DNA of 63,394 nt, the filler included, from Craspedostauros australis (lineage: Eukaryota): NCBI GenBank assembly GCA_030167865.1. It is 8 parts of 8 records of this genome, joined end to end, with 100 filler letters (N's around TTAATTAATTAA, not from the genome) between each part and the next. Parts side by side here need not be neighbours in the genome. Positions count along the whole stretch, not along the records: positions 56,134 to 61,387 come from JALAGF010006442.1; positions 61,488 to 63,394 come from JALAGF010006444.1; 6 more parts are not named here. One strand, 5' to 3'. The position numbers were made by a program, and so were the translations under genes. The notes beneath the pieces were generated by a model, which saw only the letters and a list, made by a program, of their open reading frames with translations, searched no databases and was not told the origin of the DNA. Of the stretch, positions 56,134 to 63,394 are shown piece by piece. Position 1 is the stretch's first letter; every line of letters begins with the position of its first letter.

Positions 56134-59100
56134 ATGAGGCTGCGCCGGTGGCGCTTTTCTCCGCCTCCTTTCAACCTCGCGCCTGGCGCGAGGGGAGCAC
56201 GGAATCTGTGTGTTGTGATTTTGTGTAATATGCATGTCCGGTTCGCTGGAGCTGCATCAACCTTGACCTAGGTCGGGGTGCGCTTGCCGGCGACATTGGA
56301 GCCACTTGAGCAGGGCGCCAGAGGCGGCCGGCTCGTGGATCGCTAACGCTGCTTGCTCTACCCATACCGCGATCAGAGGTATCGCCGCATCTTCACTCGG
56401 CTTCGTTTGAAGAAGGCGTTGATGAAGTATCTGGTCCTGCTCGAGGCGGAGCCGAAGTGATTGCGCCCTATCTCGCAGGGACTGAATCATTTCGGCTTCG
56501 GCCGAGGTTGGACTTTCGAATTGGGCCTCGTTTCGTGACGCCCACTGATCCCACGCTATATGCCATATACGTCGCACCAGTTGCCGTGCCCACTTTGAGG
56601 CTGATCTTCTCGACTTTTGCTGCTGCAAGAATTCTTGTTGGAGAGATATCCAGTCTTGGACTAGCAGCCCCTGCCGCAATGCGACCGGGCCGACCGATCT
56701 CTGTCTGCGTGCCGCCTCATGAAGCTGGCCGCCTTGACTTGTTGCCCAGAGATACGCCGATCCTTCGAGCTGGCTGCGTAGGATGGCCAGAATGACAGTA
56801 GTGACCCCCGGCGCTGTAGGATATCGCCTGAGCCACCTGCCAATGTCCTTCAGATGACGACGTGCGACTCCTCGGCGATCCTCTCCTGGGCATCGCCAGA
56901 AATGCTGCGCGTCCTCTCGTGCGTCGCAGCTGGGACACGCATCTGACTGCCTGAGACCCCACCGCTTCATTCGCGACCCCATTGGAGCCTCTCCTGTGAT
57001 TAGTTTGACGGTCAGCAGGCGTCAGGTGAAGCTGAGCTCCCGAAGAGCTGTCCCTACCGCGTCCCACGCCACATGTATGGCTTGATCCACCACCTTTCTG
57101 GATGCCAGCACTTGCACCGACTCCCTGAATGTTGGAGCGTGCGCCACTGTCCTGTATGCTATCCGTGTCAACTTCCTTCGGTTCGCGAACGAGACTCTTT
57201 CTCCATGTATATGGCCACCATAGACCGCCGAGGCTGGCAACGAAAGCCTCGCTGCTGTTGCCAACTTGTCCGCGATGATGTTCATGTGCGCCCATTGGTC
57301 GAGGGAGCTCCAGCTGGCTTGATCGTCCTGATGCCCCTTAACATGGCGCCCATTGACTCGGATGGGTATTTCATGGCGGAGATTTCGCACCGCCCGCAGC
57401 ATATCGGCGTCGGTTGACGCGGGTGACAGGCTCCATTCCAGGTCCAGGGCATGTAGAGCTCCGACGTTGTCGCAGCCCACCACCACTGCGCCAGCGGTGA
57501 TGCCGTAGACTTCACAGACCGTAGCCACTATCACGAGCACTCCGTACATACCCGCAAGCTCTGCGCGATGGGACTGCATGGTCCCGTCCGTAGCAGGTGC
57601 CAAGTTCGTTATCAGAAGCTGTGCCGTTTCGCCATTGCACTTTGCGAGGAGAACTGCGCCCGACGCGCCTGTACCGTTGGCCACGGACCCGTCGCTGCAC
57701 GCCATGAGCGTACCTCGCTGAGCTGCCTTGGCCACTGTGTCCCAGCTGCCTTGAATTTCGTATCTCCGAACTGACCATTTCTTCGACGATGGCAGCCTCA
57801 TCAACGCTTCGTCCATGCCTACCGAGCTCGCTCGGTCGGGCTGGATTCCTTGCGCTGTATTCGTGATGATGATCTGTGCTCCCTGCCAGTAGCCGTCGGC
57901 CACATGTGATGCCTCGTCTGAGTTCCCTTCCATGAGTTCGTAGGCCCGTCGTCTGCCCCGCTGTGGCACCCGTCGAAACTGCTGCTGTGATAGCGGTAGG
58001 CTCACTCTGTCACTGGCGGGGTCCCAGAACACCTCCGGCCGTTGCGACGAGTACTCGTTCCAGTCTCCCAGCGCTTGCCCCAACCTTGCCGACTGGGTGC
58101 GCGACGCTTGGAATAGTCCTCGGATGGCTTGACTCCACAAGCGCCAACTTGCGCTGCCAATGCTTCCCACTGGCGGCCACCGCATACAAGATTGCCGAAG
58201 AGGGATGTGACCTGGCTGCTCCGCTGCTGGGTGAAGATTGCAGCCGTCCGCCGTGACGATGTCCGACATCCAAAAGACTTGCTTGGATACCCTGCATAGA
58301 TTGACAATTCGCTCCGCTTGTTGCCCGAGCTTGAGGGCTTTGATGCGCACCATGATCGGCGCATCACGTTCTCGTGGGGCGTGCAGTATCCGGTTCTCCC
58401 ACTGCACTGTAATGCCCACCCTCTTTGTTTCCAGCCACACAGCCTTCATCCAGGATTCCGAAGCAAGATGGCTCCATGCGCTAGGCTCCATGCTCATCAC
58501 GTCCGGTACGCCGACTTGAATTGTCATCAACTCCACCAGAGTGTGCATGAGCTTTCCCGTCAGCGTGCTCCGCATCCAATGCCGCGCCAGGGCTTCGAGA
58601 TGCTTCGTTACTTGCACATAGTACAGGTGATGCACCTCCATGCCCAGCCCTTCTGACGCCCGAATATGATCTTTCTTGACATGTTACGCTGCAGACCTGC
58701 TGCTGGAAGTGACGCCAACAGGACCGGCCGCATGATTCGCTCACATGCCTCGTTCGTGAAGGTTGCGCTCATTAGCGGGTATTCCAGCGCCTTCCAGATG
58801 GTCGCCTTCATTGCTATCCAAGCATGTATTCGGAGCATGCGACTTCGCCTCATTTTGTCCGCCCACTGGTTGGCCTTCTTTGTGTAGTACTGCTCGTTAT
58901 CATCCTGAATCCCATCGTGTCGCACCATTACCCCCAGCGCCTTGCGCGCTTGATCAACGTGGAGCCTCACAAGCGTCGACCGCTGCTGGCTGTCCGGTTG
59001 TCGGATGCTGATGTCACCTGGCTGCTCGGCGACACTCTTATACTGCCACGCCTGGCCATCCCACTTGAACGCCATGAGGTACCAATAACTTTTTCTGGGC

Positions 59101-61387
59101 TCGAGTGCACCTCCTGTCGCTCGCAGCATTCCCTCCCATGAANNNNNNNNNNNNNNNNNNNNNNNNNNNNNNNNNNNNNNNNNNNNNNNNNNTCGAGTGC
59201 ACCTCCTGTCGCTCGCAGCATTCCCTCCCATGAATCAACCACTTGCTGAATTTCTGATATGCATGCTTCTGGGTCGTTTACGTCTGCTTTGATTGTGTGT
59301 ATGAGATCCGTGTCGTCCACGAAGGAAAAGCATACCAATTTGGTGCTGACCGATTGGGTGGGGCTNACCGACGCGAAGCCGTATCCTTGGGCCGACATCG
59401 CCTTCATGATCGGGGAACTCATTGCCACCCATCCAGCGGGAGATATTCCGAGCCCCTGCAGCAATCCTTGTAGCTTGGACCCGCGGTGAGGGTATGTGCG
59501 CGTAGATTTGCCAAACCCTGTGAGCACGTGATGTCGCATAGACTGTACTGCTGCCGTCACGCTGCGACCGACCACTTCTGGCACCCCTATCTGTTGCATG
59601 CTGAGCTCCAGAGGTACATGCGCCATTCTGTCGTAGCAGCTTTTCGCATCATTTGAGCAGATGCAGCTGGAGGATGCCGTCAACCGCACGATGTCGTCCG
59701 TCATTCGATTGTTCAGACTGACCTCTGCTGCGCTGCGTTGCTTCCGGCTTCCATATTGTTCGTCTGGCAGTAGGTGATGCTTTTCCGCGTGTCTCATCAT
59801 TATTTTCCCTATCCATTTCAGATTGGCATTGAAATCTCCCTCCACAAGGCTTATCGTTCGGAACCTGGAGACTCGAAAGTTGCCTGGCTCCTTTAATAAG
59901 GTGACATCGGTGCACACTAACCACCGTTGAAGGTTGTATCCAGTGCGCAGAGATATTTCCCTCATGACAGCGTCGACATGCGCGAGCTCGTCGGACCCAG
60001 CATTTGCTTTCCATAGACCAAAGTGAAGCCCTGATGGACCTGATGTGGTTCTTTCGCGCGCCTTCGACCACAACCTCTGATGACTCTCCGTCGTGACAGC
60101 TAGGTCCGACTCTTCCCATGGGATGACTTCAGTCTGGCTGAGAGCTTCCAACAGTTTGGTCGTGTGTAGGTCGAGCTTTCGTTGGTGCCGCCGACTTGCT
60201 CCTTGCGCTCCGTATTTTTGCACGTCTCGCGCGACTGCCGGTTGTTGGAGAGGAGTTACATACGCCTGCCGGTACTTGGCTTCGTTGGCTCGCATGCATT
60301 GCTCGATGACTGCGTGCTCTCGATCGTACACCTGTTCTTCTCCGTCGGGATTGGTCGCGATCACCATCGTCACTTTGCCACTCGAGTCATATTCCCCGAC
60401 CGCCGCTCGTATAGCCTTGAACGTCTCCACTGTCTCCTCTCGCTTTTGTATAGAGATCAGAGCTGCTGCTGACGTTGTGTTGCCGTCTTTGGCCATCTCC
60501 GCCGCTCTGGATTGTAGGAATGTTTGTCTGTGTTTGAGGGCGTTTTTCTTGGCAGTCTTCCAACGGGAGTGCGCTCGCTTCCGCTTATCTTCCAATTCGT
60601 CCTTGCTGAGAGTTGCTGTTCGCGTGGCAATGCCNNNNNNNNNNNNNNNNNNNNNNNNNNNNNNNGAACTGACTTTCTTGCCGTTCCTCCTCTTCCATGC
60701 CAGATTCCAAAATTGTTTCTCCATGGCTCTTCGCTTTATCTCCGGTGAAAATGGAACTCTTCCTGTGTGGATTGGACGAGCTCCTTTCTCTGCTTGGAGC
60801 ATGATTCTCGCCCTGTCTTGATTGATGGACTCCATGGTAGCCGCTTGTGCCGATGTGAGTTGATTCGATGCGCCAACTGCCTTTCGGAGCTCGTCAACGC
60901 GCCCTCGAATGTTCTTGTCACGATATTGTGCTGACACCGCCTTCTGGTACCTCCGAACTGTGATCGGTCTGTTGAGCTGAACTCTGCGTCCCTCGAACTT
61001 CTTGGTGGGCTTGCTGGTTGTGCCAAAGATGGATTCTTGGGAGACTTCAATCCATGCAGTCCTGTGGTCCCATGGACCGAAGGCGCTGAAGCCTGATCTC
61101 ACCACCTGCACCGACTCTGACACCCACAGCCCGTCGATGACTCGATTAGATCGAGCACGCACGCTGGTTGACACTCCTGGAGCGTTTGGATGTCGGCTGA
61201 GGATGGACTCCTGCATGTGCTGTCTTTGCATCATAGTCGCCACCTGGGATTGTATCACCGGCATGTTGACGTCGCCGCCAACTATTATGGTTTCGCCTGC
61301 TTGTCGCCATTCTTGAAGCGCCGCCTCCAGGTCGTGGATGAGGAGTTCGATGGGCGAGCTATCATTCCCTTGCGATTCCAGCCACGA
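56134..61387 (-). mobile_element. Non-LTR retrotransposon copy 3 (close relative of copy 1): ORF2 61387-56257 with a frameshift (~58658) and in-frame TGA (57022-57024), plus 3' UTR
   Basis: Long near-identical peptide blocks with copy 1 (GPWDHRTAW, NDAKSCYDRMAH, FSFVDDTDL, ACSDGS, HVKGHQD). Both ends are cut by gaps. Confidence 0.93.
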
Positions 61388-61431
61388 NNNNNNNNNNNNN
61401 NNNNNNNNNNNNNNNNNNNNNNNNNNNNNNN

Positions 61432-61443
61432 TTAATTAATTAA
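61432..61443. other. Artificial contig-join linker
   Basis: TTAATTAATTAA within an N run. Confidence 0.97.
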
Positions 61444-63394
61444 NNNNNNNNNNNNNNNNNNNNNNNNNNNNNNNNNNNNNNNNNNNNCGATTTCAAAAAA
61501 CGAAGTGCAAGCTGGATGCAGTATGGATACAGATCCATATCTCATCCACAGGACCCTTTCAGCCCCTCCACGTGACCCTCGTGCATTCCCACACTATCTG
61601 GCGACATGTTGATGCATCCAGACTGGGCTGGGTGTGGATGGTCCCGATAGCACACCTCCATTTGGTGATGGCCCTGTTGGTTTTGGGTGCCCCACCAAAA
61701 ATGACAGGTATGCACTCATTCGATGCCGCAGCCTCTTCCAGACCGTTGCAGCAGCTCGAACTTCGCGACGTGCATCTTCAGGCGATGACGCNCGGGTCTT
61801 GTATGGGTGACTTGGAGATTGGGCAGCTTGATGATGCTGCCCCCTCACTGCCAAAGTCACATGGCAGGTTCGCCACGATCCGCCCAACAAAACTCTTGCC
61901 CTCCACCTTTTCCTCCGCGCGGACACCTTCCCGGTCCTTCCCGAGCCTCAAACTTCGTGGGGACCTTGATGGTGACCTCCTGGATGCGTCTTGCCCATTC
62001 GCAGGTGTTGGTGTGGCCTGTGCATGGAATACACAGGCTACATCCAACGAGCCAATCTGCCGCNNNNNNNNNNNNNNNNNNNNNNNNNNNNNNNNNNNNN
62101 NNNNNNNNNNNNNACAGGTATGCACTCATTCCATGCCGCAGCCTCTTCCAGACCGTTGCAGCAGCTCGAACTTCGCGACGTGCATCTTCAGGCGATGATG
62201 CACGGGTCTTGTATGGGTGACTTGGAGATTGGGCAGCTTGATGATGCTGCCCCCTCACTGCCAAAGTCACATGGCAGGTTCGCCACGATCCGCCCAACAA
62301 AACTCTTGCCCTCCACNNNNNNNNNNNNNNNNNNNNNNNNNNNNNNNNNNNNNNNNNNNNNNNNNNNNNNNNNNNNNNNNNNNNNNNNNNNNNNNNNNNN
62401 NNNNNNNNNNGCAGGTGTTGGTGTGGCCTGTGCATGGAATACACAGGCTACATCCAACGAGCCAATCTGCCGCAATTTTGAGACGTTTGCGCGGAGGCCT
62501 GCGACGCCCCCAAACCAACCGCTCTCGCAGCCTCCGCTCGTCCACCCACCAAAGGTTGCATGGCGGTGACGTAGATGTGCTTGTATTTGTCATTGGGCCG
62601 CTGGTTGGTGCGGCGCTGACGATGCCGTTGGGTGTCCATTGTGATGTTTTTTTGGTGTTCCGCCATTGTCATCTTCTTGTGTCGAGTTTGGCGCTCTCGG
62701 CCAGTCGGGCATCCTGGGGGCTGAGGTAAATGTCAAACATTGCAACGAACGTACGAAAAATGCATGACACAAAACACTTCGGGAGTACCAACGCAACTCG
62801 ACCATTCCGTCACGACGAAACGCAGTTGATGATGATTCACATCGTGCTGTGATTGGTGGTTCATGACGCAGCAGCCAGTTTGGTGACGTAGATCACGGAT
62901 CATGCAAACACTGGATAGAGTGGATGTAAGACCCGCCTGAGCGAAAATAGTACACCTTTCTCGGGAACGTCGTTTCTGTGTTGAAAAAAACTGCGTATAT
63001 CTCTTCTCCTNNNNNNNNNNNNNNNNNNNNNNNNNNNNNNNNNNNNNNNNNNNNNNNNNNGTTCCGTCCAATCATTTTAAAGTTATGGAGGGTTGAAAAT
63101 CATGTCGAATCTACCTATTAGGTGAATAACGCACAGACGCTACAATGCTCATTGACGCTTCGATAGAGTCGCAGTGGTCATTCATCCCAAAACGTTCTTT
63201 TTTCTTCCATCGTTTGGGCTTTGTTCGCGATTCTTGAATTTCCGGAGAGTGACTCTACCTTGTGCTCGCACAGAATCGTTGGTGTGAACACAAAACTTTT
63301 GTTGCATGGAGAGTGATGTGATGTATTGTGATGCAGTGCGATGTGCCATGGGCCGTCAACCAGGATGGTAGGCATGGTCCTTGTTCCTCTTCCT

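Noticed and set aside
47666..57024. Alternative genetic code or selenocysteine to explain in-frame TGAs
   Set aside because: Host genes terminate in TGA (15891, 16303), the stops fall at different positions in different copies, and copy 1 has none.
28732..61487. Recurrent palindromic TTAATTAATTAA motif (7 copies) as a biological site
   Set aside because: Always centred in uniform N runs and encodes stops in all six frames, so it is a synthetic contig spacer. Adjacency across it is meaningless.
61488..63394. ORFs in the last contig
   Set aside because: Short, gapped, duplicated, with no recognisable motif in any frame.

Overview
Eukaryotic, most likely diatom, DNA. This is inferred from GT-AG introns, diatom-type Ty1/copia elements, APE-RT-RNase H LINEs and an intron-containing DUF1800-DUF1501 fusion. 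The window is a pseudo-scaffold of 8 contigs joined by artificial N-TTAATTAATTAA-N linkers, so order across linkers is not biological. Contig 1 (1-28731) holds a decayed copia element split by a full-length 8.4-kb two-ORF non-LTR retrotransposon (Ambal-like; 15-bp TSD, (ATTT)n tail). It continues with a 3-beta-HSD/NSDHL-like gene, a 5-exon ~2120-aa probably secreted DUF1800-DUF1501 fusion carrying a cytochrome-b5-like motif and two C-terminal lesions, and a Cys-rich repeat protein. The remaining contigs are TE-dense: three more copia fragments, an intron-containing PIF/Harbinger-type transposase, a GCR1_C (Crypton-like) fragment, tandem repeats and three more copies of the LINE clade plus a degenerate fragment. 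Most notable are (i) a ~100-nt multi-hairpin 3'-terminal RNA structure with compensatory base changes shared by divergent LINE families, (ii) stop/start-overlap coupling of LINE ORF1 and ORF2, and (iii) a bis-His cytochrome-b5-like module inside the DUF1800-DUF1501 fusion.
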